Of a stretch of DNA of 64,000 nucleotides, positions 25,522 through 37,959 are shown piece after piece. Position 1 is the first letter of the stretch. Each line of letters begins with the position of its first letter. Source of the stretch: Neoechinorhynchus agilis. Its lineage: Eukaryota > Animalia > Acanthocephala. Below the pieces are notes generated by a model. It worked only from the letters and a program-made list of their open reading frames with translations, searched no databases and had not been told where the DNA came from. The stretch covers positions 9,811,480-9,875,479 of the forward strand of contig CM121342.1 of the NCBI GenBank assembly GCA_051530055.1. The letters run 5' to 3'. Made by a program: the position numbers and the translations under genes.

Positions 25522-27347
25522 AAATTAGACCAACATTTCTTTAGTAATAAACGTTACAAGCAGAATGTACAAGTAGACAGAAGCTGCCATATCTGAGCGA
25601 TTAAGCAACGTTTGCATAGTGATCCGGTTTGTGATTTGGTTATCCTGGCATTCTATTTCAACGACATTAAAATTTAATCCGGATATATTAATGACAACGG
25701 AATCATCCATTTCTGTGCAACGCATGATTTCCTTCAAAAAATAATGGCTTATCCATAAAAAAGAAAAACCTGTTGGTGTTGATGGTACTGTTGAAACATC
25801 AACCATCTCATAGTCCTCATCACTGTTTATGGTTGCCAGATAATTAAAATAGTCGTAGACTTCAGTTGCCTATTAAAATTTCTCAACTCACAATTAAAAT
25901 AAAACGCCACTCACATTTACAGCATTACTAAAATTCCGACTAAAAATGATAGCTTTGCTAAATGTTATAGATATTCAATAATGATACTTTGAGATTTTGA
26001 TAAATACCAAAAATACAGCGGGAATAAGAATTGATTGAGTGCAAGCGCCAATCTCATTTGATTTATTTTAGATTTAACATTTGAGCAAGTTTGGTAAATG
26101 CTTCGAAACAAAAACCGTTGCTGAGTATGTGTAGATCTTATAAACGAATGAAAACGAAGACGGTGCTTGGTTTCTATCTCAAGCATACTTGATTAAGCAG
26201 AGGGCTCAACATCCGCTTTTTTTGAGGCGAAAACGCAACTTATAGTTCCCATATCGAATTTAGAGGAGTCTCAGTGGAACACGCATTAATAGTTTAACCT
26301 TGCAATTAAGTCACGCGCATCACTGAACACCTTTGAAAGTTTTATAAACTCTGAGACTTAATCCAAAGATCCTTTTGTACTCATGGAATTCACGGGAAGC
26401 CCCACTCATGTGTCTTATTATGCCAAACTGTCTTAATGTTGTCGGAATTAGTGTTCATTTCCTTCTTGGATGACAGACAAAATACTGCTCAATTATCAGA
26501 GGGAATTAATTGTTGGAATTGCGCCTTTAAAAACATCCTATTTTCAATAAAACTCCCTTAGGGAATTAGAGAATATTTATTTCGCATTTAAATGAATAAC
26601 TATTATTTGCTTAAAATGCTAGCTGGATGATTTATAAGAAACAGTTTTTGCATAGCTCGTTTAATTTAAACCGACCAAGTCTCTTGATTTATAACAAAAG
26701 ACCATTATTCTCGATACGCAATTTGAAATGTATTGCTTGGAATGTTTTACTTGTTTCATACAATGATTTATTGTAAACACCATTGTTCTGAGTGCATTTC
26801 CATAAAGAATCGCAATGCTAATCGTCGAAAAACGAATTGAATTACCGTTTTTGGAGAGAAAAAACGTTTGAGAAAATTGAAGAATTTATTGACCAAAGAA
26901 CATTTGATTCTTAACAGTCCAGATTAATGAATAAAAATACTCATGCGACTCAAAAATGTTTATTAAATCAATTAATTCACCACAATCAAATGAACTTCAT
27001 GTTCATTGTGGGTTAGATGCATCGATGATCTATCGTGCAAACCGAACACCTTCAATTTGATTTCATTTTACCGCTGACTCATCTACAAGGTATGATTTCC
27101 ATTATGCGACGTTTTTTTATATTTTACTACTAAAAGCTTTAAGATTGTATTTTACCATATCATCTGTAGCGATAATGCAAGTCAATTTAATAAATTTCAA
27201 TTCCCAAACACCTGACGTTCTAATGTTATCTTGAAACTTTATAAATGGGCAAAATTTCAGTGATCTCTCGTTTTTGCAAAACATTATCTCCAGCTTTTTG
27301 AAAAGTGTTGATATTTGAGGAGATAATTTTTATTTAAAAGTCTTCAT

Positions 27348-27501
27348 CCGGTAAATAATTTTTTCTCGATTTAAAACGTTCTGCCAACATCTTAAGGGTT
27401 CATCATCAATTTTCATCGTAGAAAACTTACGAGAAAACTGATGATGAATCAATTACGATGTTCGTAGAACGTTTTAAATCGAGAAAAAATTATTTATCGG
27501 G
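27348..27501. repeat. Palindromic element with hammerhead-like cores (subfamily B)
   Basis: Arms ATAATTTTTTCTCGATTTAAAACGTTCT and AGAACGTTTTAAATCGAGAAAAAATTAT. CTGATGA-T-GAA.. at 27438. Homologous to the element at 55880-56075. Confidence 0.65.
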
Positions 27502-28053
27502 TTCTTTAAAAAAGCGACTAAAATTAAATTAGTAGACTAAAGAAATCATTGTATAAACGTGTTTATGAAATCATTACTTTATCTAAATGGATAAATTTGG
27601 TTGTTCGCTTCTATTTTGGGGCGTTGTAATTTTTTTGACAACCAGTTACCAAGACAATTACTAAATGGACGGAGTCATGGCATCTACGATACCATTAACC
27701 TTATCGTAGCGCTTTAGTTGGTATTTCATCAAATTGCAATTCCTAGCGGTCAATGGAACATTTCTGATACGAGAAGCGAATACTCGTCTTTCCTTTGCAA
27801 GAGACAAATTCACCACAGTGTAACGCAGACATACTGCGATGGCAGCAACCAGAAATCTACATCGATCGTACCAACAGCACTGCTATTTCGACTGTTTGCG
27901 TTCGCTACAACACAGCATCAGGAGGCATGAAACGAATGGGCGTTTTGGTTGCATACCATCAACACACCACGGTTTCCAAACCCGAATACACTTTTAGCAG
28001 CTCCGATCTCGCTTTTCCCCCACTTTAACCAAACCCACTCTCATAGGTCGTCG

Positions 28054-28870
28054 ATGAGGAAATTCTCCATATGTGCTGAATTCCTTATGATTCTTCAACT
28101 TATGATTTTGACGGACCAACTTGTTCAAGGTCGAAATGAACTACTACCTTACGAAAAGATACAGGACTGTGCTCTTAACTGTATTCGTATATCTACAGAA
28201 CAAAATAATGGTCATGTCGATAGAGATTGACCTAATGGGCCACTATTTTTGATCAATCTCTAGATTAAGTGCAGACAATCTCAAGAGACTAAGCGAGACT
28301 TGTACGGAAAAGTGCATTCCCGTAGTTCATTTTAGAAACTGTATGTATTACTGTAGGTTCGGAGGTGAAAGTGATGAAAACGAATTCGGCGGTGGAATAC
28401 ATCACAGAGCTTGTGCTCAACGTTGTTGGTCCGAGGATAAAATCTCGTTTCAATACCCAAATGCTTTTATTGGTCGATTCGTTATTGAAAGTGAAGGAAT
28501 CGTGTCTGAAAACGCGATTCCTGACGACTCAGACTCTAGTGAAGATGATCAAACGGATGCTAAATTGATGCTGAGGAAAATAATTCTTGATAAGGAATAC
28601 AACCATGATAGGCCCGGTGATTTACCTGTTTCCAGGGGATTGAAGGTGACATACAAAAGGTTTCATAAGCCCTTCATTGCTCTCATTGTCTCATGTATTC
28701 TGGTCTCATGTGTTTTAATAACCGGAGCTATATTTGTATGCCTCTATTGTCGAAAACGTCGCCGCATGGAGCGAATGGAAGCTCCGGCATATCATAAACT
28801 TTATTCCGACGAAGGAAACGAGTATATTTCAACTCCCGTGGAACCTACTGAGAACTTGATTGAGGATTAA
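28054..28870 (+). CDS. Type I membrane protein with four CxxxC motifs (unknown family); 2 exons
   Basis: Signal peptide MRKFSICAEFLMILQLMILT. Motifs CALNC, CTEKC, CMYYC and CAQRC. TM segment PFIALIVSCILVSCVLITGAIFVCLYC followed by RKRRR. One intron at ~28210-28271. Confidence 0.7.
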
Positions 28871-29519
28871 GGACCTTCAAAATGTGTACGCCTGAGTTCA
28901 TGTGATCGGAAACATTTAGCCTTCTTCGTATAATAATTAACGTGTTTTCAATGCGACATTTTGACTCGGGGTTTTAAGTAGATCGACCATGTTGTTGTTT
29001 CCCTTATTCCAATGAAAAAACATGGTCCTCATTAGTCAACCAATCACTTTTTTGTTTTGAGAATATTGTTATCTTTAAATCACTGAATGATATCCCACAA
29101 AACATCTCTTTTCTCCAAAATATGTAAGGCATTCCTTACGGCTCATGAATTTTCATTAACCCGAAACTGGGTTATCACAAACTCGACGAATGTAACGAAG
29201 ATAAAGCTAATTCATAACATCGCGGCAACACTTGACAGTTGACCGATTCTCTCTATAACTGTTGTGGAATTCAACGAATACATCCATTGTGTCTTGATTA
29301 ACGATTACAAAAAAAGAAATGTTTAATCCTTTTCAATGCACAAAAATTCATCGCGGTTCTTAAATAATTCATCATCGACTTTGGGGAACTAAACCAATCA
29401 CTTTTGTTAATTATTCAAAAAAATGTTTTGCTTCATTAAGTATAAAGACTTATAAAAACATTTTGTGTCCATTCGGTAATTTCCGTGAAACATAGTCGAG
29501 ACAATAATTCTTATACATT

Positions 29520-29614
29520 ATTTTATTCGAGTTTGACGATGTTTTTCTCCCAGATTGTTGTTGCTGTTGATAACAACAATCCGGGGGAAAAACATCGCCA
29601 AGCTCGAATAAAAT
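29520..29614. repeat. Fold-back element with ~43 bp imperfect arms
   Basis: ATTTTATTCGAGTTTGACGATGTTTTTCTCCCAGATTGTTGTT pairs with AACAACAATCCGGGGGAAAAACATCGCCAAGCTCGAATAAAAT. Confidence 0.75.
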
Positions 29615-30664
29615 TACCCCGACGACAATTCTCTATGACATTATTTTATATTCGAATGGTTAGAATGGGCATATTTATATGAGAAAAGAAAACCAAATAA
29701 AACTCATAACCAACATTTCAAAATGCAAACAATCATTTTAAACATGGCTAGACAATAATACTTTTTTGTTAGAATAACAAGTGCGCAATTGAGTCGAAGA
29801 ACGACGTTTTAAACGAATCATAAGTTATTTTCTCGGCGTTTTCGATGTAAATTACTTTATTCTAATTATTATTCGGCCTCATTCATGCATTGAAAAAGCT
29901 TTAATATAAATTGATACTAAAAACGTGTAATTTTCCACTTAAAATCCAGATAAAAAGAACGATTCTTATTTTAATGTAAACAAAAGCACAAGTTAGAATT
30001 AAAGAACCAGAGGGTTCTTGATGGAAAAATTATATATTTTACTCGATATGGTTTGCAGAAAGTGGATTTTACTTTAAAATAATCATTGGCTTATCACTCA
30101 TCAGCAACCTGGGATGTTGGGCTGTGATCGAGAAAACGTTTATTAGATTATGTCAAGATAGCAAACGTGGATCGGTTACATTTGTTTGTCACTGTTTAAA
30201 CGACTGAAAAAATCGAAGAGAAACTTCCCACATGAGTTCCTTTTATCTACTTTTTGGAATTACCGCGTTGTTCGCGGGGAAATCAGAAATAAAGGACGAA
30301 ATTCATTATTAAAAAATATCAATTTTTCAAATATATTCAGAATACATGTTCTTACTAATACTAAAATTAAAACTATTGTCGTGGCTTGTACTGAAAGCAA
30401 AACACAGTAAGAAATTTTTTAATTTGATGAGTAGTTAAAAAATGTCTTGATAGTACACACATTATATAGGGAATATTTCTACATTAAATGTTTCTTAGTC
30501 TCACAGAATTACACCACTATCATGCTGATTGATTGCTTGATTAAGCTAGCGCTTATGAACAACAAAATAAATGATCTTAAAATTTCCTTCAATTTTTTTG
30601 AAAACTTTCGACACCATAGACATTGACTTCATTTTGAATATTTCAGGTTGAATTTTAACAGGAC

Positions 30665-30970
30665 ATATCCAAGCGATCAAAGTTCCAACCGGAACGAAGG
30701 AATATCTTTATCCTCTACTGTTTCGAGGATCCAGCGTTCCCTTTTTGAATCTCTGATTTTTTTTGATAAAAATGGTTTGTTCTTACGACCAAAGATTTTC
30801 CATTTTCGATTAAAATTTCTGCGGTACTGTGACCGACGGCCTCAATCGTCCCCATGGCAAGAGGTTGGAAATGTGGAGCGACGTAAAATTTAATCGTTAC
30901 ATATCCAAGCGATCAAAGTTCCAACCGGGACGAAGGAATATCTTTATCCTCTATTGTTTCGACGATCCGA
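30665..30970. repeat. ~70 bp direct repeat, two copies 236 bp apart
   Basis: ATATCCAAGCGATCAAAGTTCCAACCGG(A/G)ACGAAGGAATATCTTTATCCTCTA.TGTTTCGA.GATCC at 30665 and 30901. Confidence 0.85.
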
Positions 30971-31174
30971 CCGAATGCAATCCTCAACCTAAAAATCGTT
31001 TGTTGTATTTTTCTACAAAAAACTCTTTCTGAAAACAAGAAACAGTAAATGATAGTGAGTACATTTTTGTGGATTTTTAATGTGTGTATGTTAAAAAACG
31101 TTTGGGAAAATCCAAATACATTTAAAAGATCTCAATTTTTATTTACATTTTCAAAATATCACTTTCTCCCAACT

Positions 31175-32154
31175 CTATGCGATAGTAGCAGCTCCATTTT
31201 TAACAAGAGAAGACTTGGAAGAGAATTGTTTCGACTTGTTTCGTTTACGTTGTGGTTTTCCAGCAAGCAAATATCCGATTAACATAATACAAACCCATTG
31301 GGTTGGCGCAAGGATTCCTAAAACACACAAGCTTGCCAATGCGGTCAATAGCCGATGCTTGGCCACGGCCCTTAAAATGTTTTGGGTGCAACCAGCGTTG
31401 TTTTTACCGCATGATTTTGGCTGTTTTGATTGTTCATATGGAGGTTTCGTCCAATCGGTGACTCCATTGACTCCACAGCACTCAAATAAAGTGTGTATAT
31501 CATCCATGAGTTGAACCGCATGAGAATTTCTAAACTTTGCTCGAGTGACTAATAACTGTAGATCTTCATTTAGACTTCCTCGATGTCGGTTGATTGATGA
31601 ATGAAGAATGTCAGTGTTTGATTCGATGAATTTGGACGAAGAACCCTTTTGATTCACTCCCATGACAGAACTTAACGAACTGGCTATCGCGCCGACTAGA
31701 AGAGCGTCAGCGGCGAAGTGAATTACAATATGAACTACGAGACTACTTAAGAGAATTGGTTGTCGTCCCTGAAGCGACTGGTGATTGGATTTATGGTGTT
31801 GCCTTACTGAAGAAGCCCTGGAGGCTGATACACTTAGTAAGTTAATCAGAGAACTAAGTACAAGGACAAACGGTGCCAAAATTACTATAAGCATACAAGC
31901 AACGGCATAAACAACGATTCTCGACCAAGCAATCTGAGAATCGTTGTATAGAGCATGTGAGAGATATATACAGACATTAGATAAGCCTTTCGACCGTATA
32001 TTTGAGGATTTTTATTGATCTCATGTTGAAGTCTTGAAAGTCCGGTATAGAGTGGTCGTTTGAGTTCATACCAAGTTAGGAGTCCGAGAGTGACTAATGC
32101 TACGGTTATACTGATTGCGGTCAGTAAGCCAAACCGTAATTTTCCAGCTTTCAT
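31175..32154 (-). CDS. Divergent tetraspanin-like four-TM protein; 2 exons
   Basis: A ~38 nt GT-AG intron (GTATAT..TCTCAG, ~31970-31933) joins ORFs 31885-32154 and 31175-31894. Four hydrophobic segments. The large loop has FECCGVNG..DW, PKSC and GC. Confidence 0.8.
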
Positions 32155-33735
32155 TGAAGTTCACAGAAGCGTAGAATTGTAAAAACGTTATCCTGAAATT
32201 GTTTGGTTGAGCGAGAGACGGGGAAAGGCTTTTGAGAATTTCAATTATTTGTGTTTGTCAAGTGTAGCGGAAACTTTCTCTATGGCGTCAATGTCAGGAC
32301 GAAATGGCACACTCTATAAGAGAGAAACTGTGCCTTTTACGATGTGTTGCCTAACGCCGTTCTCCGCTTTGTCTACCAACTTCTTAGAGTTTTTCTTGAA
32401 ACCGTTTTTAAAAGTGATGGTGGACTTTTAAGAATCCGGGGAAAGCCGAGAAGGGGACTTATCGAGACATCAACCTGCTGTTTTTATCTTTATGTGTCCG
32501 GAATGCGTCCGAACAGACGAAAGGGAAAAATTCGAGAGTACCGAGAGGCACATTATACAGATGCACTTGTTATTGCTTCCGTCCACCAAAACCGGAATGC
32601 CTTGTTGTTGATGTGTGTGTTACGACCAAACTGGACATGGAATCTACAGGTCGAAAATGGGTCTACTGAAAGACACATGCAACAATGTCTAGCTTTGAGG
32701 TATGAAAAATTACTTTATGTTGTGCTTTAGGTCTCTTTTGTAATGGGAAAAGGACATTCAAACATTTTAAAATCAACTTTGTGTGAAGGGACGCGGTGGT
32801 TAAGAGTGAAACCAAAAATTCAAATTAGATGTGGCGACTTATGGTCCATTCGATCGGTTACTAATCTTTGCATAATGTGACAATTCTATTAGTACTTTAG
32901 AAAATGACGGAAATGGAAAAAATGATTGGAAAAGATCTGAGACGGTGGCTTTTGAAACAAAAATGGAATGACCGAATATTAGATTTTATAATGTGAAATT
33001 AAATCAAGCGCAAAAAATTGAATTTACTAAAGAAATTAAATGAAACAGTACCTATAAAACAAAATAATTTCTTGTCATTAACAAAGTTAAATCCATAAAA
33101 AGGCGACAAATATAGAAAAATTTTTTACCAAGTACAGTAAATAATTTTCATTGTCAGAAAAACCGCAAAGGAGCAAATGAAACTGCCACGAAAACCTCAG
33201 AGACCAACTCATTTTTAGAAATAAAACTTTTCGTTCAAAAAAATTAATTTGTTGTGGTGTAAAGGAACAATGATTTTTGCCATCAAACAAAATATCTTGA
33301 GATAAATCTCCTTAAACATTTCCGAGATTATATCTTGTCGGAAAAGCGCACAGGTTTAAATCATTAGTCTCTTTTCATGACAAAGTACCGTACCTCAAAT
33401 AGACGGCATTTGAGATCGTTTTATGCGAAATGAAACATACAAATGTATCATTAACGAAACAATTCCCTAAAATAAAAATATAAACATATGAGTTCTAAAA
33501 AAATTGATATGCGATCTTGTTAAAATGTCTTAAAGCGAATAACACTCGATAAAAATAATAATCGATAAATTGTTTGAAGATTGATAATTATTCACGCTTG
33601 TGACTCTTTCTGTAAATCCGATTTTTCGATTTATCAAGGTTTCTTGTACGTTTTCAAATATGTGTCGGATTTAATAAATTCATTTAATTTTTTTCGACCA
33701 GAAACAACCAATTTGATTTCAACGATGATATTCCT

Positions 33736-33884
33736 ACAATTGATTATTTATTAAATTCAATATTTCGATCCCCTATCTTGGATCTTCTTCAGAATTGTTA
33801 AAGTGTTTTATTCGTACTTAAAATTCTGAAGAAGATTCAAGATAGAGGAGATCGAAATATTGAATTTCATAAATAATCAATTGT
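33736..33884. ncRNA. Back-to-back pair of type I hammerhead-ribozyme-like motifs forming a palindrome (subfamily A, best-preserved copy)
   Basis: The minus arm reads ACAAUU-CUGAAGA-A-GAUCC(aagauagg)GGAUC-GAAA-UAUU..AAUA(A)UC/AAUUGU, with a 6-bp stem I, a 5-bp stem II and an AUC triplet at 33744-33742. The plus arm has CTGAAGA at 33826, GAAA at 33854 and AUC at 33876-33878. Confidence 0.6.
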
Positions 33885-34635
33885 CGTTCTCCAAAACAAC
33901 CAAAAACTATGAATCATCTTTTCGATATTCTTACCATCCGAAAAAGACAATATAAAGGAACGAATTTACATAAACAAAAGTCATAGGTCGCGGAGATTGG
34001 CCTATTAGGTAGATAAAGTAGTTTCTTAAGGACAATTTTTTAAAGGCATTACCATACAGGGCATTGTTCGTCTTTACAAATAAAAAATATTTTAGGTAAG
34101 AGTTACAGGTGAGAAAAATCGCTTCCCGTAAATTACAAGATTATGACATTTTAGACAGACGTGCCCATTTTTGATAGAACCAAAAGATAAGAACACATAG
34201 TAAAACTAGACTCGGATGAACATCCGTGAGATTTCATTGATTTCCAATCGATTGAATGGCATAAAAGAAAGTACAGGTGTTTTTGGCTACCGTTGATTCA
34301 TTTACCTGATAATAGCAGGAGTCAAATGGTTGGCGACCCGGCCGCCATCTCAAATCGACATAAATGATTTAGGCCATAAAATACGCAGTCGTATGGAGCG
34401 CAAACAACAGTGTATGCTGGAAGCGTAGTAGGCAAGTAGTGTAATTGACTATCCTAAGAATCTCAAGACATGTCTCAATAGCTTCGATGACCACAACTTT
34501 TAAAATAACCGTCCTCCATTGCGTAATGATGATACAGTGGCAAAGGATATTTAAGGGGAATCGTATAAAACTGGTCTTTTAAAAAAATTGTTTTTGATCA
34601 GGCTAAAATAAAAATTTACGTCCAATACGCGTGTC

Positions 34636-34680
34636 AAATTCTGAAGAAGTCCAACGCGTAGAGGACGAAATATTGAACAA
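34636..34680 (+). repeat. Single arm of subfamily A with hammerhead-like core
   Basis: AAATT-CTGAAGA-A-GTCC(aacgcgtaga)GGAC-GAAA-TATTG. No clear NUH/stem I partner was found downstream. Confidence 0.5.
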
Positions 34681-35377
34681 AAACAACATGTTTACAATCA
34701 CTTAAAACAATAATTTCCTTGTTTTTTGTAGTTGCACACGTCCGGATGTAAATTCATAAATTTATTTCTTTGATATTTCGTCGGATAATTCCGACATTTC
34801 CCAAGATTTTATCATTGCTTGCAAGTTTTTCGATCTGTGAACGCGTTCGAAATAAATCTAGGAATTTAAATCCGGGTGTGTATAACTACCAAAAGAAAGT
34901 ATCTTTCCCCCTCCCGAAGATAAAAATTAAAGACATAAAACAATAATATTTGCAGAATTTCTCGATTCAAGAATATTCACTTACAAAATAAGTTATGGTC
35001 GTTAAATTCAGAGCGATCGCAAAAGCTCTTTTGGTGGACAGAGAAAAGGTGTGCTTCTTTTTATAAGGCTATGCATTTTCGCAATTTATTGGCCGAACGA
35101 AGAGCGAGAAAAGAATATCTCGCCAGTTGGTTTCTTAATCTAGAAAGCCTGACAGTGTAGAAGAACTGAGCCAGATATAGAAAAAGGCGACGTCTTGGGG
35201 CAAAATACCTACCGAACATTGTACCTCCTCCAAGTCATTTATGACTCGATAAGATGATATTTGGAGCCATGGTGTCATACTTGTCATTAAAGATGCTTTG
35301 ATGTCCTTGTATAAAGGGGTTCGACAATTGAGTGCTATTACTTGAAGGATAATTTTTGTTCGACAAATTATTATTTA

Positions 35378-37093
35378 TTATATTTCTCCTTTTTGGGTCC
35401 TAATAATAAGATCAAAGTACTTGCTATGTTCCTTCAAACTCGCTAAAATTCCGAGTTCCAGACCGTAAGACTTTTGTTCATCGTTTGCATTGCAATCACC
35501 ACGACACCAATAATCGATTCGGTCGCCATTACAATCAGTTAATTCTCCACCTGCAATCCTCAAGAATACTTCAGGCGCACAGGTATCCCATTTTTTAAGT
35601 CCAGCAGTTGGATAAACATAGAGATCGGTAACACCGGTTAAAGTAGACAGAATTTTGAATCCGCATCCGTTCAAATATAGAATTTGCTTTGGTCTACTGC
35701 CGTAAATGATTTGCATTGCTTTTTGAGTGGTTTCAATTTTCTTTAAATGCGCTTTACTAGTCGTCAAAATGTCTTGCCCGGGCGGATCTCTGACCATTAT
35801 ACCGTACAGACCTAAATATAAAATAAAAAGGTTTAAATGGTATAAACTCACCATGATTTAAAAGTCCGTACATTGTATGGCCTTCGTTATCTTTAGACCA
35901 ATTGGAAGCGTAAGTATCCGAGAAAATAAGATCATTTTCATTTTTGGAAAATGGACAGTGGATAACACCAGCTACTGGCAACTGACGAAAAGCGATTCCT
36001 ATCAATATTGTGACAGAATGAAGTTGACCTTCATGTGAATAAATAGTATGTTTTTTATACTTCATTATACAAACCCTTTGCTAGAGATGATGTCCCATCA
36101 ACTGGATCCACCCATATAGTAACCTGCAAGGAAAATTAATTAAGAATAAAATTTAATAATTGAATGAAACTGACTTCCTCTGGACTAGCATTGGCGAACT
36201 CGTCCGGGCATGTGATTTGAAGAATACTGAGGTCATAATCGTTAATTTCTATTTCACGGAAATCATGGGAATATTTGGTATCGTCTGCCGATGTGGGCTA
36301 TTGAATAAATAGAGGAGGAGTACTCGGTCGGAATGAGTTTGTTTAAAAGGATGTTTAGCAAGTAGACTTACTTCTTCGGCTACAATCCTGACTTGAGGAA
36401 GAAGACGTTTTAAATGATCCAAAATGAAGAATTGTGATTGTCGGTCACATTCGGTTTGAGGATCATCCACTCCCTGAATTCGGATTTGTGTGTGTTTGGA
36501 CTAACTGACGCGTGGATCATTTAATCTGCACTAAGCGAAAAAGAGCCGCAGGAAAACCGTATAAAATTAATGAAATTGCAACTTCGATCCAGGAAAATGC
36601 CAAAGCTGTCACCGTTTTTTTGTCATCAACCGAAAATCTAATAACGTTTATGTTCATAAAGTACCGCTTTTGGCAGTTTCGTTATGTACGTGAATGCTGA
36701 AAGTTAAAATTAAGTTTCAAACGGGCACCAACACATAAGAACTCAAAGACACATTTTGCGCCCGTTTAAAACTAAATGAAGATTAGCAACTAAAACTCTT
36801 GACTACATCAGCACTTTGTCATTTGTGAAAGTCGATTTCAAGTGAACTAAGCAGTTCTATTGAAAGCTACAAGATCAAAAAACCGGTGATTATGATCCCC
36901 TAAATCTCCATAATTTCCTTTTTCAACGCTAAGGACTAGCCACGTCGATTTCACTTATAAGCGACAAGCTTAAATTAACCTTTTCGACCACGTTTAGTGA
37001 TCCATTTCTGTAGATACTTCTAACAATCGCACCAGCTTTTTCAGCCGCAATTTTGGAAGCTGCAAGTGCTTGAATAATAAGTGATTTATTCAT
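35378..37093 (-). CDS. BPNT1: 3'(2'),5'-bisphosphate nucleotidase 1 (inositol monophosphatase superfamily), multi-exon
   Basis: Reads MNKSLIIQALAASKIAAEKAGAIVR..VVEK|..DDPQTECDRQSQ..RIVAEE|..VTIWVDPVDGT..VTILIGIAF..VAGVIHCPF..GCGFKIL..GLKKWDTCAPEVFLRIAGGELTDCNG. This is collinear with BPNT1 as I recall it. Confidence 0.92.
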
Positions 37094-37125
37094 TGGTGAG
37101 GAGAGTATCTAAAAAAGAATGTCTG

Positions 37126-37809
37126 ATGATAATACAAAAAATGCGATCGTTCAGAGGTGTTCAATGGGTACGACTAAAACTTTGGGCACCATCTGATAAA
37201 AATGATTATGAAAATCAAGATTATAGCCCCAGAATATTTGTAAGGCGATTAAAAACCTTAGTGAAACTTCAACTGATTTTCAGTCAAGATGAAATTGATA
37301 GGATGGAATTTGCTATAAAAGAGTATGGAAACAATAATTACACTTGGGTGATAGATAAAGAAGAACGAAAATCTTTGCTACATACACTAAACGCGTCAGT
37401 TCAAGTAAAAGATCAACTCGGAGAAGACTTGTTTAATCGTATTATAAACGATAAAAGAGTAATTGAGTTTTTAATAGACAAATACTCGCTCCCAGGGGAG
37501 ATGCTAAACGAAACAGTCAGACTTGCGATGCCAAGCGAAATGCTGAAATTGACTATAGCATTGATGGATTCACAGGGCGATCATAATCGATTAAAAGAAC
37601 TCTTACAAAAAAGGATTTTAGAGACTGGACTTCATAGATTGTCAGTTGAGGATCTTGAGACGGTTATGTCAACTTTAGTAGATGGTCTTGAGAAACTAAT
37701 TTGGCAAGATTGGTCGAAAAAAAGCGAATGTGTTTGGATTTTAATTCTAATGGGAGGATTCTGTTTATTAAGACAACTATATGAATTGGATAGCGAATTC
37801 AAATACTAA
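37126..37809 (+). CDS. Hypothetical intronless protein (~227 aa) with a basic N-terminus, possibly mitochondrial
   Basis: Long stop-free ORF in AT-rich DNA with helical, protein-like composition. First ATGs at 37126 and 37141. Family not recognised with confidence. Confidence 0.65.
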   Translation: MIIQKMRSFRGVQWVRLKLWAPSDKNDYENQDYSPRIFVRRLKTLVKLQLIFSQDEIDRMEFAIKEYGNNNYTWVIDKEERKSLLHTLNASVQVKDQLGEDLFNRIINDKRVIEFLIDKYSLPGEMLNETVRLAMPSEMLKLTIALMDSQGDHNRLKELLQKRILETGLHRLSVEDLETVMSTLVDGLEKLIWQDWSKKSECVWILILMGGFCLLRQLYELDSEFKY

Positions 37810-37959
37810 CAAATAAAAGAGTGCCTTCTATAATGTTAAATATGCTGCAAAGAGTGAACGTAGGAACGACAACTTTAACCCCATTGAGAAGTTTATTCAA
37901 GCAGTCGATAAGTGAACGTATTAACTAGAAATTAAATGAACTTGGAACTGCAGTGCATC

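Noticed and set aside
32207-32730. ORFs upstream of the tetraspanin
   Set aside because: Neither strand gave a recognisable domain or a coherent spliced model.
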